From the human T2T-CHM13v2.0 reference genome, Homo sapiens, in assembly GCF_009914755.1 (NCBI RefSeq), contig NC_060928.1: a DNA stretch of 64,000 nt, one strand, 5' to 3'. The stretch's first letter is position 1. Every line of letters begins with the position of its first letter. The translations under genes and the position numbers were made by a program. Positions 1 through 12,540 of this stretch are shown here, piece after piece. The notes below the pieces were generated by a model, which saw nothing but the letters and a program-made list of their open reading frames with translations, made no database searches and was not told the DNA's origin.

Positions 1-510
1 TATATGTATGCATGTGTCTTTTTCATAAAAAGACTTCTTTTCCTTTGGGTTGATACCCAGTAGTAGAATTGCTGAATCAAATGGTAGATCTGTTTTTAGT
101 TCTTCAAGGGATCTCCATACTGTTTTTTACAGGGGTTATACTAATTTACATTCCCACCAGTGGTATACAGGCATTCCCTTTCACCACATCCACACCAACA
201 TGTATCGTTTTTTGACTTTTTAATAATGACCATTCTTGCAGGAGTAAGGTGGTGTCCCATAGAGGTTTTAATTTGCATTGCCCTGATGATTAGTGATGAG
301 CAATTTTTCATAGTCAACAAGTTTGTTGACTATTTGTATATTTGTATATTTTCTTTTGAGAAATCTCTGTTCATCTAATTTGTCCACTTTTTGATGGGAT
401 TATTTGTTTCTTGCTGATTTGTTTGAGTTCCTTGTAGATTTTAGATAGTAGTCCTTTGTCAGATGCACAGTTTACAAATATTTGGTGCCATTCTGTAGAT
501 TGTCTGTTTC
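1..510 (-). mobile_element. Old L1 fragment (ORF2 3' region)
   Basis: Antisense L1 text such as gatacccagtagtagaattgctgaatcaaatggtag and atttacattcccaccagtg. Confidence 0.85.
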
Positions 511-609
511 AAAGTGTATGCACTTTTAAAAGCACTTAGATATATATTATCAAGTTGATTTCTAGAAAATTTTCTCTTAACACTTGTTAGGATATTCATT
601 TTGCCACAT

Positions 610-980
610 TGTATTAGTCTGTTCTCACACTGCTGATAAAGACATATCCAAGACTGCATAATTTATAAAGAAAATATGTTTAATTGACTCACAGTTTCAC
701 ATGGCTGGGGAGGCCTCACAATCATGGTAGAAGGTGAATGAGGAGTCAAGGCACATCTTAGTCTTACACGGTGGTAGGCAAAGAGAGAATATGTAGGGGA
801 ACTCCCCTTTATAAAACCATCAGATCTCATGAGACTTATTCACTATCATGAGAACAGCATGGGAAAGACCTACCCCCATGATTCAATTACCTCCCATCAG
901 GTCCTTCCCATGACACGTGGGAATTAAAGAAGCTACAATTCAAGATGAGATTTGGGTGGGGACACGGCTAAACCATATCA
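610..980 (-). mobile_element. THE1-type MaLR solo LTR
   Basis: Termini tgtattagtc...aaaccatatca, THE1 body, near-perfect 5-bp TSD cacat/catat. Confidence 0.92.
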
Positions 981-2529
981 CATATTATCACCAATACCGA
1001 ATGTTGTTTTTAAAACATACAGGCACACAACACACACTTTGCTAATTTGACATGATACATACATTAAAAGTATGTTTTTATTTTCATTTACATTAAATTA
1101 CAGAGAAGGCAAAATATTTTATTTATTAGTTTATTTGAATTTCTTCTGTCGGGTTTTTGTCCATGTTATTTGACCATTCTATCCTGGTTTTTGTGTTTAG
1201 TGTGTATTTTTTAAAAAACAATAGCCATTATAATAAATGAATGCCATTTCACCTAGCAATCCCCAGGAAGTTATTTAGAGACAATGATGATTCCAATATA
1301 TGAAACAAAGTCTTCAATTTTTAAATATTTTTAAATATTGAATCCATTATAATCTTGGCTACAGTTGTACATACTTTTTTAAAGCTTAAAATAATATTTT
1401 AAGATGCCTTTATATGAATGACATCATATGAAGACAGCTAAATGAGAATGAAGTGAAGGAGAGGGGCTCGGAGTTCTGCCATCTCAACTATAATACTCTT
1501 ATAGTTTCATGAGACACAATTTAAAAGCCAGAGTTTAGAGCTTTCTTTTCTGTTCATGCTAATCAAACACTTTGGTATTATTTTCCTGTAACTTCATTTA
1601 CCTTCAGCTTCAGCAAATCAAATGGAATATCCCCATAGCTGCTTACTGCCTACATACATACTTAAATGCTTATATATATATATATTCTGGATATGTGTTA
1701 TGAATTTAGCAGTGATAATGAAAAGAAACAGGCTGCTTGTTGAATCCTAATTAAAACCAAAGTTGTTTTTTATGATTCCTTAAATCTAGGCCACACTTTA
1801 ATTTCACAAACATATCCCAAAGAGAAGGCAACATAAATACATAGTATGATTTTTTTCTAGAGGTGCATGATTTATGTTCTCTCTGCGTACAAATATGTTC
1901 ATATACTATTGCAATTGTGACAAATTGAAGGTGTGATATTATACATTGGAATCTGGAGTAAAACAGACTGAAAAAGTTTCTGTTAATGGAAAAGATATGT
2001 TTTCAGATGTTGCTGAACTTTGTAGTCAGCACTCAATATATCTCAGTATAAAAGATAGATATAAAAATTCTTCATTTCTTGGGAAAATGATTTTTTGAGC
2101 CTCATTTTAATTTTTCTTGGTGATTTTGTGATGGTGTCTTCCTTTCTTTGATATGACCTTTCCTCTTCCTCATTGACCCTTCTTTGTTCACTGTTATTCT
2201 TTTATCTGTAATGCACCATTCAGCCTGACTTGGAATAGTTTTGTATAAATAAGAGAATTGTGTTATATGCTATTCAATCTTAAGGGATAAAAATGATTTT
2301 TACTTTAGTGAAAAGAAGCAGCACCATGTTTTAAAATTATAGGCTTTTAGAGCTGGAAGGAGCCATGGAAATCATAGAGTCCATCCTTCTTGTTTTATGG
2401 ATTAAAAGTGAGCGTGCAATCATTCTGTCATAGGTAAAGGCTGCTCCGTGTACTCTGGGGCTTGCTTCATATATCTTGCCTACCTTATTTCCTCAGATTA
2501 AGTTTAGCCAGAGTTAGATTAAAGTATAA

Positions 2530-2760
2530 TAGTTAAGAGTACAAGTTTGAGGTTAAACAGGTGTGGATGCAGACTGGTCCTCTATCTTTCAGCTCTTAGA
2601 GCTTGAATAAGCCACTTCACTCTGCCAAGCTTCAGTTTCTTATCTGTAAAACAGGGCTAAGTATATCTACTAAATTAAGTCTTTATGAGAATTGAATTAT
2701 GTTATGTTTGCAAAATATTTGGTTCAGTGCTTGATACTAAGTGTTACCAAATAAGCATCC
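2530..2760 (+). mobile_element. MIR SINE fragment
   Basis: MIR core cttcagtttcttatctgtaaaacaggg and 3' part. Confidence 0.7.
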
Positions 2761-2790
2761 AAGAAATGGCAATTTCTTTTACTGAGATTC

Positions 2791-3110
2791 TTTTGTTGTT
2801 GTTGTTGTTTTTTGTTTGTTTGTTTTTGAGACAGAGTCTCACTCTGTTGCCAGGTTGGAGGATAGTGACACAATCTCGGCTCTCTGCAACCTCTGCTTCT
2901 TGGGTTCAAGTGATTCTCCTGCCTCAGCCTCCCGAGTAGCTAGGACTACAGGCATGTGCCAGCACGGCCAGCTAATTTTTTTTTACATTTTTAGTAGAGA
3001 GAGGGTTTCACCATGTTGGCCAGGATGGTCTCAATCTCTTGACCTCATGATGTGCCTGACTTGGCCTCACAAAGTGCTGGGATTACAGGCGTGAGCCACC
3101 TTGCCTGGCC
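2791..3110 (-). mobile_element. Alu (AluSc-like)
   Basis: Full dimer with (TTG)n/(TTTG)n tail; gttgccagg single-base deletion and ccaggatggtctcaatctcttgacc diagnostics. Confidence 0.95.
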
Positions 3111-3119
3111 TACATAGAT

Positions 3120-3620
3120 TCTTTTACTTGTCCACCTCTCTTCCTAGACTGAGATTTCTCAGAGCCACCAAGTCTTGGCAATCTCTGTATGGCCCAGTGC
3201 CTTCGCATGGCATCTCATTCATTGACAGCTCCAAGCTTCCAATTACTTGAGTCCAAAATTTCAGAGCCATTTTTGTGTCTCTCTCTTTTTCTTTTTGTAT
3301 ACTCTCAGAAAATTAATCTGCAAACTCCTAGATTCAAGCCACCATTGTCTTTTTCTGGATTCATGGAATTTGCTCTTAACTGTTCTCCCATTTATCCATT
3401 TTGCAGCAGCGAGAGTTATCCTCTTAAAGCATAAGTCATATCTTATAAATGTTCTGCTTAGACCTCTTCAAAGGCTATCCATCTCACATAGAGTAATATC
3501 AAACCCTTAACAGTCCAGCACCATCCCCTTCTTATTCAGTCTCTTTGACCTCATCTTCAGTTGACCTCTCTCACACTCCACACCAGTCACACTTGCCTTT
3601 CTGCTGTTCTTCCTGCAGTT
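3120..3620 (+). mobile_element. L2 fragment
   Basis: Degenerate L2 3' motifs (cttaaagcataagtcatatc, ccagtcacacttgcctttctgctgttc). Confidence 0.55.
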
Positions 3621-3781
3621 CTTTCTCAACACTCCACCCATACAACTGCCCCGAGTGAGGAGTAGAGTCAGATTTTTAAAGAAAGATAGTTTGTGGCAGG
3701 AACAGAAAAAAAAAAAAATAACTGCATATGCTCAGTTATAAGTGGGAGCTAAACACTGAGCACACATGGACGCAAACATGT

Positions 3782-4748
3782 TGTATTAGTCAGGGTTTCC
3801 TAGAGGGACAGAACTAATGGAATATATGCGTGTGTGTGTGTAAATAGCAAAGACTTGGAACCAACCCAAATGTCCAAAAATGATAGACTGGATTAAGAAA
3901 ATGTGGCACATATACACCATGGAATACTATGCAGCCATAAAAAATGATGAGTTCATGTCCTTTGTAGGGACATGGATGAAATTGGAAATCATCATTCTCA
4001 GTAAACTATCACAAGAACAAAAAACCAAACACCGCATATTCTCACTCATAGGTGGGAATTGAACAATGAGAACACATGGACACAGGAAGGGGAACATCAC
4101 ACTCTGGGGACTGTTGTGGGGTGGGGGGAGGGGGGAGGGATAGCTTTAGGAGATATACCTAATGCTAAATGATGAGTTAATGGGTGCAGCACACCAGCAT
4201 GGCACATGTATACATATGTAACTAACCTGCACATTGTGCACATGTACCCTAAAACTTAAAGTATAATAATAAAAAAAAGATAAATATCCAATAAAACTTT
4301 TTTAGTTTAAAAATTTTTTAAATATATATACACACACATATATATGGGTGTGTGTGTATATATATATATGAGTTTATTAAGTATTAGCTCGCACAATCAC
4401 AAGGTCCCACAATAGGCCCTCTGCAGGCTGAGAAGCAAGGAGAGCCAGTCTGAGGTCCAAAACTGAAGAACTTGGAGTCCGACGTTCAAGGGCAGGAAGC
4501 ATCCAGCACGGGAGAAAGATGTAGGCTGGGAGGCTAGGCCAGTCTCTCTTTTCCATTTTTCTGCCTGCTTATATTCCAGCCATGCTGGTCGCTAATTATA
4601 TGGTGCCCACCCAGATTAAGGGTGGGTCTGCCTCTCCTAGTCCACTGACTCAAATGTTAATCTCCTTTAGCAACACCCTCACAGACACACCCAAGAACAA
4701 TACTTTGTATTCTTCAATCCAATCAAGGTGACAGTATTAACCATCATA
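3782..4748 (-). mobile_element. MLT2A (HERV-L) solo LTR interrupted by a young L1
   Basis: tgtattagtcagggtttcctagagggacagaactaat...gtattaaccatcata, TSD catgt/catgg. Confidence 0.9.
3843..4278 (+). mobile_element. 5'-truncated young L1PA (L1PA3-like) 3' end
   Basis: ORF2 C-terminus IDWIKKMWHIYTMEYYAAIK...SLIGGN, G-rich 3' UTR and poly(A), with low divergence from consensus. Confidence 0.95.
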
Positions 4749-4949
4749 CATGGGAACAATAGACACTGCAGACTATGAGAAGGGTTGGGGGGGATGGGTT
4801 GAAAAATACCTATCTGGTAGTATGCTCATGACGTGGGTGATGGGATCTGTACCCCAAACCTCAGCATCATGCAACATATCCATGTAACAAACCTGCACAT
4901 ATATATCCTCTATCTAAAATAAAGGTTGAAATTTAAAAAAAGAAAGGTG

Positions 4950-5408
<459 letters not shown>

Positions 5409-5490
5409 TTAGAAAAAAAAGTGCAAAACTAAAGGAAAGTGATTCTTTAGTAATTGAAGGTGGTCTGGGACATCCTACCATGCAAGGTAG

Positions 5491-6909
5491 TGTATCGGAA
5501 ATTGGTGGGTTCTTGGTCTCACTGACTTTTAGAATGAAGCCGCGGACCCTCGTGGTGAGCATTACAGTTCTTAAAGATGGTGTGTCCGGAGTTTGTTCCT
5601 TCTGATGTTTGGACATGTTCGGAGTTTCTTCCTTCTGGTGGGTTCATGGTCTCGCTGGCTTCAGGAGTGAAGCTAGAGACCTTCACGGTGAGCGTTACAG
5701 CTCTTAAGACAGTGCATCTGGAGTTGTTCGTTCCTCCCATCCAGAGTTGTTCATTTCTCCCAGTAGGTTCGTGGTGTCTCTGGTCTCAGGAGTGAAGCTG
5801 CAGACCTTTGCAGTGAGTGTTACAGCTCATAAATGCAGTGCGGACCGAAAGAGTGAGCAACAGCAAGATTTATTGCAAAGAGTGAAAGAACAAAGCTTCC
5901 ACACTGTGGAAGTGTACCCAGTTGCTGCTGCTGGCCCGAGCAGCCTGCTTTTATTCCGTTATCTGGCCCCACCCACATCCTGCTGATTGGTCCATTTTAC
6001 AGAGAGCTGATTGGCCCATTTTACAGAGAGCTGATTGGTCCATTCTACAGAGAGCTGGTTGGTCCATTTTGACAGGGGGATGATTGGTGCGTTTACAATC
6101 CCTGAGCTAGACACAGAGTGCTGACTGGTGCATTTACAATCCTTTAGCTAGACACAAAAGTTCTCCTAGCCCCCACCAGATTAGCTAGATAAGTGCTGAT
6201 TGGTGCATCAACAAACCTGGAGCTAGACACAGAATGCTGACTGGTGCATATATAATCCTCCAGCTAGACATAAAAGTTCTCCAAGTCCCTATTTAACTCA
6301 GGATCCCAGCTGACTTACCCTTGTGGATCCTGTGCTGGGGCCATGGGCGGAGCTGCCTGCCAATCCCGTGCCTTGTGCCTGCACTCCTCAGCCCTTGGGC
6401 GGTCGATGGGACTGGGCGCCATGGAGCAGGGGGCGGTGCCTGTTGGGGAGGCTCCCGCCTCGCGAGAGCCCCACAGCGGGGGGCGGGGCTCAGGCATGGC
6501 AGGCTGCAGGTCCGGGCGGGAGGCGGCTGAGGCCTGGCGAGAATTCCAGCGTGGCAGGTGTGGACCGGCAGTGCTGGGGGACCCAGCGCACCCTCCACAG
6601 CTGCTGGCCGGGTGCTAAGCTCCTCACTGCCCAGGGCTGGCCGCAGCAGCCGGCTGTTCCGAGTGTGGGGCCTGCTGAGCCCACACCCACCCGGAACTCG
6701 CGCTGGCCCGCGAGTGCCCTGCGCCCGCGCCTCTTCCTCCACACCTCCCCGCAAGCAGAGGGAGCCGGCTCCAGCCTCAGCCAGTCCAGAGAGGGGCTCA
6801 CACAGTGCAGGGACTGGCCAAAGGGCTCCTCAAGTACGGCCAGAGTGGACGCTGAGGCTGAGGAGGCGCCGAGAGCTAGCCAGGTCTGCTAGCACGTTGT
6901 CACCTCTCA
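5491..6909 (-). mobile_element. ERV9 LTR12-family solo LTR (LTR12D/E-like)
   Basis: Minus strand begins TGAGAGGTGACA; GC-rich U3, CCAAT tandem repeats, AATAAAAG core, repeated U5 units; perfect 4-bp TSD gtag at 5487-5490 and 6910-6913. Confidence 0.95.
5945..6250 (-). promoter_or_regulatory. LTR12 promoter module (CCAAT array, CACCC, GATA, AATAAA-type TATA)
   Basis: ATTGG at 5986, 6010, 6034, 6083, 6199; ccccaccc 5967-5974; ttatct 5959-5964; ttttatt 5949-5955. Confidence 0.7.
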
Positions 6910-6913
6910 GTAG

Positions 6914-7090
6914 GAACTGGGCTTCTAGTTCCATTACCCAAATAGTGAACATTATACCTGATTGGTAAGTTGTCCACCCTCTCTCCCTCTACCCCCCCAC
7001 CCACTTTTGGAGTGCCAGGTGTCTATTATTTCTATGATTATGTACATGTGTACCCATTGTTTAGCTCCCACTTCTAAGTGAGAACAAGGG
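6914..7090 (-). mobile_element. Old L1 3' UTR fragment
   Basis: gtgtacccattgtttagctcccacttctaagtgagaaca. Confidence 0.8.
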
Positions 7091-9009
7091 CATATTTATC
7101 TTTGAAAATGGACTAAAATTTTTACACTATTTGTTGGAGGGAGGATATAGACTGAGATTGACTCTTTTGAAATGTAATTCACTTAATAACTGTGTGTGCA
7201 AAAACTGTTAGAAACATGACTTTTTGTGGAGCCGTGATAGTTTTTATGGTCTTAGGGGACCCCTGTGATGCAATGAAAAGAAACTTAGATTTAACCCAAG
7301 AATTCGAGACCAAAAAGATGTCACCATAAACAAGTCATTTGAGACCATTTTGTCATGATTTGTGAAACGGGGTCATTGCAGCTCTTACATTCTATACAGT
7401 GTTTTGACTTTTGGCTACTTTGAAGAAATCACAATATTTCAACCTATAAAGGACTCTTCTATGCTTCTGATTATAGTGGAAGTTGATCCTTTGCAATGAA
7501 ATTAACCTGATGACCTGTATGGCTCTGGTAGTTTGAAGGATATGAGCAAAAGGGATGATACCTGGAGGGTCCACCCAGACAGTTGGACAATGTCCTTTGG
7601 AGGACATTATTGTGACTGGCCACAGCCACGATCCTCAGCTTTGTTTGCTCAGAAACTAAAGTTTTGCCAACATTCTTAGAGAATATCCATTTCTCCTGAA
7701 ATAGACTCATATCTAGCAACTCTCAAGACAATGATATAGAAACCAAAATGTCAATTTATAAATTTATGATTTAAAATACAACTGTCAAGGACATAGGACA
7801 TTTATGTCAGTTAGACATATCTTTCTGGAAGACGTCTATATACGTGAGCAGAAGTCAAAAAATGGCCAGATGATCACGGCAGGACAGACTAAGAGCATTG
7901 TAATCTTGCAGTCAGATGCACCCATCTCTGTTTTATGGTTATTTCTACTTGGGGGCACAGAATATTGCACTAGTTGCCCAGGGCATCCAGTGCTTGGATG
8001 TGCTGGATACATATTGACAAATCTCCCAATTTCCTATTTGGATGGCAGAACGTCTCCTTTCTCTTGCTATATCCTGCCTTTAGGTGTAGTCGTACCTTCA
8101 TTTTGGCTCTGGTCAGCTCTGTCCTGTACTAGAAAAAAGTGCTGTTCGAGAGGATTTCTGCAGTTGTCTGCTCTCACTCATTTTTGTACGGCTGATGCTT
8201 TTCTAATTCACTGAGTTCTGAGCATGCCTTTTGTTCCCCTTGCCTGTGTTCCATCCACATCGTACTGCAGGATTCTGTTTACTGTATGTATGTATGTACA
8301 TTTTGGCAGTAACAAAAGGAATTCTCTTCAGGATCTGCATTCCCAAAGCATGAGTTATCTCCCAGCCTAAATGCTGAGGGAGGGGATGGGAAATTAGATG
8401 GAAGGGGATGAAGGGAAGTCTGAGGGGAGTGGCTACTCCCAAAGACAGATAATTTGTCTTTGCTTTGTCCTTGCTGGGCTCAAACCTTGAAGGATGGATG
8501 TTTGGTATTTACTTAACACTTGCAGTAGTCTTGGACTCTCTTTTTGCAGACCTTGAATATTTACCCCCTCAGGGAAAACTTGATTCTCAAGAGTAAAATG
8601 AATTATCTATTTAGCTAATTAGCTAGAACATAGCAAAATTCTCAGGAGGATCATCCCATCTGAGGATTGATACAATGTATGCTTGTATTTGCAGAGCCTA
8701 TCTCTTTTCATTTTCTGGCCTGCCCGTCCTATCGCTCATGCTTCACAGAGAAGGGAAAATTGTCCAGTAAGCAAAACCTCTTTTTCTTTCCTGCACTTTT
8801 CTGCCTTGCTTCTCTTGCTGTGCCTCGTAACTTCTGATGCTCATGGGTGACCTAAGGCACTTGATCTTTGCATTTTCCTGCTCTACAGATTACCCATTTC
8901 AGGAGGTGCAATGTGCTTACCCCACAACACTCACCAAGACTGACATTCTCTGTACACTCTTCTTCTCAGATGCCACAATCTGCAATCAGTGAACATACCA
9001 ATATCTTGA

Positions 9010-9315
9010 AGAGTAGAAGAGTAGCTACCAGGGGCAGGGAGATGGAGTGGAGGTTGGAGATGTTGGTGAAAGGATACAAAATTAATTGGGAGAAATAAGT
9101 TAAATCTATTGTATAACAAGATGACTTAGTTAATGCATTGTGTTCTTGGAAATTGCTGAGAGTAGATTTTAAGTGTTCTCATCATGAAAAATGAAAAGTG
9201 TAATGGAATGCATATGTTAATCAGCTTGATTTAGCCATTCCACAATGTATACATATATCAAAATGTGTTGTATACCATAAATAGATACAGTTTTTATTCA
9301 TCAATTTAAAAAAGA
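9010..9315 (+). mobile_element. L1MA-type 3' end fragment
   Basis: aaattgctgagagtagattttaagtgttctc and gttaatcagcttgatttagccattccacaatgtatac. Confidence 0.8.
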
Positions 9316-9409
9316 GAAATAGTGTACAAAACTACACTGCATGGGTCCTGCCTGATGCATTGTTTACTCAGAAAGTGGCATTTCCTTCTCTCCCCGAAAA
9401 CAGCCAGAG

Positions 9410-9590
9410 ACATAGCCTAATGGAGTAGTTAAGAACATGAACTTAGAGTAAGACTGCCTGGGTTCAACTCCTGGTCTCCCCACTTTGGGGCTAGTAAGCA
9501 AGGGCAAGGTAATTATTAATAATCTTTCTGTCCCTCAGTTTCTTCATCTGTAAAATAGAGGCAATAATAGCATTTACTCCGGGGATTAAT
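9410..9590 (+). mobile_element. MIR fragment
   Basis: agactgcctgggttcaactcctgg and cctcagtttcttcatctgtaaaatagagg. Confidence 0.75.
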
Positions 9591-9659
9591 GAGGAAGAGC
9601 AAGGACAAGAGGCAGGAGATGCTAAGAGCAGAGAGTGGAGGATTGGAGGCTAGGGGCTG

Positions 9660-10050
9660 GTTATACACGTCTCACCTAGTAGGGGCCTTTTGAAGATAGA
9701 CTTCAAGAAGCTGAGGGTACAAACATCTGAGGAAAAGCTTCCAGAAAGAGGGAAGCACCAGAAGAAAGTCTCTGAGTTGGGATCTGGCTTGACATGGCCC
9801 AGGGACAGCAAGGGAGCCCCTGTGGCTCAAGTGGCGTGGGTAAGGGGGAAGAGTATGAGTGAGCAGTGAGAGGTCACCAGTGGGAGAGAGGAAACCTGGA
9901 TGATGAGATTCCAGAGGACCAGGCAGACCTTTAACAACAATGGCCTCTACTTTGAAATAGGAGCTTTTGGAGGGTTTTGTGCAGAGGAGGGACAGAATTT
10001 GATGTACATTCTAAGTGGATCTCTGGCTGCTCCCTTGGGAAGAGATTTGG
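9660..10050 (-). mobile_element. L2 fragment
   Basis: Purine-rich antisense L2 motifs (ggagcttttggagggttttgtgcagagg, gatctctggctgct). Confidence 0.65.
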
Positions 10051-10054
10051 GGAG

Positions 10055-10765
<711 letters not shown>

Positions 10766-10770
10766 GGTAG

Positions 10771-11090
10771 TATGTTGGTTAATTTTATATGTCAGCTTGG
10801 CTTGGCTATGGTGCCCAGATGTCTGGTCAAACACTAGTGTAGATGTTGCTGTAAAGGTGTACTTTAGATGTGACTAACATTTAAATTAGTAGACTTTGAG
10901 TAAAGTAGGTGACCCTCCATAATGCAGATGGGAATTGCCCAATTAGTTGAAGGCCTTAAGAGAGAAAGACTAAGGTCTCTGAAGGCATTCTGCCTCCAGG
11001 CTGGCTTTGGATTTGGGCTGCAACATCAACATTTCCCTGCAAATTTTGGACATAATCATGTGAACTGATTTCTTAAAATAAATCTCTAAT
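10771..11090 (+). mobile_element. MLT2 (MLT2D-like) LTR
   Basis: ggttaattttatatgtcagcttgg, gttgaaggccttaag, ttcttaaaataaatctc. Confidence 0.75.
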
Positions 11091-11645
11091 ATTATATCTA
11101 GATTTTTATTAAATGATCATAACGTTTAATTCCATATTATAATATCACAGTGTGCATATTATATTATCGATTGGGTTATTTACATCTGTCATAGAAGGCA
11201 TTTTATATTCTACAAATGAACTGGGATCCCACATGAGAGAAACAAAATGGGCAGTTTTTCTAAGCATGGCATGTATAGGCTTATGTTTTGTTGTGAACTT
11301 GGTCCCTTCTGCAAGGTTTTAAAGGCACATAATATTCAGCAGACTGTGATTATAGCTGACCGAGAACCACACACTGGGCTCTTAGTAGCTTCTCAATGCA
11401 TATTTCATAAATACATAAGTGTGAGGGCCATGGCTGGTTAGAAAGGAAGCTTTAGGGGCCCTCAGTGTAATGAAAGCTGCCAGTGAAGCATCTTTAGCCC
11501 ATTGCATGCTCTCTCCTTGGGGCAGTGGAGGGTTTGCGTCTTTTATAGTTTTAGGTCCTCAAGGTGCATCACTCATCCTCTCTCTGATGCCTGTATTCAT
11601 GGTAAGTTTATTCTTCAGGAAATTGTTTTTCAAAAAGCCTCATAC

Positions 11646-12201
11646 TGTGATGGTTAATATTGAGTGTCAACTTGATTGGATTGAAGGATGCAAAGTATTG
11701 TTCCTGGGTGTGTCTGTGAGGGTGTTGCCAAAGGAGATTAACATTTGAGTCCGTGGACTGGGAGAGACAGAGCCAGCCTCAGTCTAGGTGGGCGCCATCT
11801 CATCAGCTGCCAGCTCCCCTTGAATAAATCAGGCAGGAGAAGATGGGAAAGCAGACTTGCTGAGTCTTCCAGCATTCATCTTCCTTCCATGCTGGATGCT
11901 TCCTGCCCTTGAACATCAAACTTCAATTTCTTCAGCTTTTGGACATTTGGACTTACACCAGTGGTTTTGCCAGGGCTTCTCAGGCCTTTGGCCACAGGCT
12001 GAAGGCTGCACTGTTGGCTTCCCTAATTTTGAGGTTTTGAGACTCCGACTGATCCACCACTAGTTTCCTTGCTCCTCGACTTGCAGACGGCCTATCGTGG
12101 GACTTCACCTTGTGATCGTGTGAGTCAATTCTCCTTAACACACTCCCTTTCATATGTACATATATCTTATTAGTTCTGTTTTACTAGAGAGCCCTAATAC
12201 A
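11646..12201 (+). mobile_element. MLT2A2-like solo LTR
   Basis: tgtgatggttaatattgagtgtcaacttgattggattg...ccctaataca, TSD catac/tatac; donor-like CGT|GTGAGT at 12120. Confidence 0.92.
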
Positions 12202-12322
12202 TATACCTTAGTTATTTTGAGGAAGGAGACAGAACCCAAGATTTATTATTTTTAGTAGTGAGACTTTGGACAGGTAGCCTAACCTCTTACACTGAATTTC
12301 TTCATTTGTAAAATCGGGATGA

Positions 12323-12540
12323 CATAGAGACAGAATGCAAATTTGTTGTTGCCATGGGCTGGATGAAGGGAAGAGTGAGCAGTTAAGAATTAACTGCTTA
12401 ATGGGTATGACATTTCCTTTTGGGACAATGAAAACATTTGGGAACTAGATAGAGGTGGTGGTTGCACAGCATTGTAATTATACTAATTCACTTTAAAATG
12501 GTGAATTTTATGTCAGGTGAATTTTACCTCAATAAAATAA
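12323..12540 (+). mobile_element. L1MB-type 3' end inserted in a MIR (MIR halves ~12250-12322 and ~12541-12640)
   Basis: gaactagatagaggtggtggttgcacagcattg and cactttaaaatggtgaattttatg, flanked by MIR core halves. Confidence 0.75.

Larger units (their letters stand above)
3720..4945 (+). mobile_element. Old L1 (L1PB/late L1PA-type) 3' UTR split by an MLT2A LTR
   Basis: ataagtgggagctaaacactgagcacacatgg (3720-3781) resumes at 4749 with catgggaacaatagacactg and ends in an A-rich tail. Confidence 0.8.

Noticed and set aside
3880-4062. 60-aa ORF MIDWIKKMWH (also 54240-54422 and 17053-18336)
   Set aside because: Fragments of L1 ORF2 in truncated or decayed copies, not host genes.
5983-6270. Regularly spaced ~24-bp and ~40-bp repeats resembling a CRISPR array
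   Set aside because: They are tandem CCAAT units of the ERV9 LTR with no unique spacers and no cas genes, in primate DNA.
6293-6968. Cluster of long overlapping ORFs (up to 189 aa) on both strands
   Set aside because: They lie within the GC-rich U3 of LTR12, where stop codons are rare; no recognisable protein.
7804-8214. 136-aa ORF in non-repetitive sequence (similar: 30682-31089, 20337-20720)
   Set aside because: No recognisable domain, splice context or pseudogene hallmarks; the length is compatible with chance in 64 kb.
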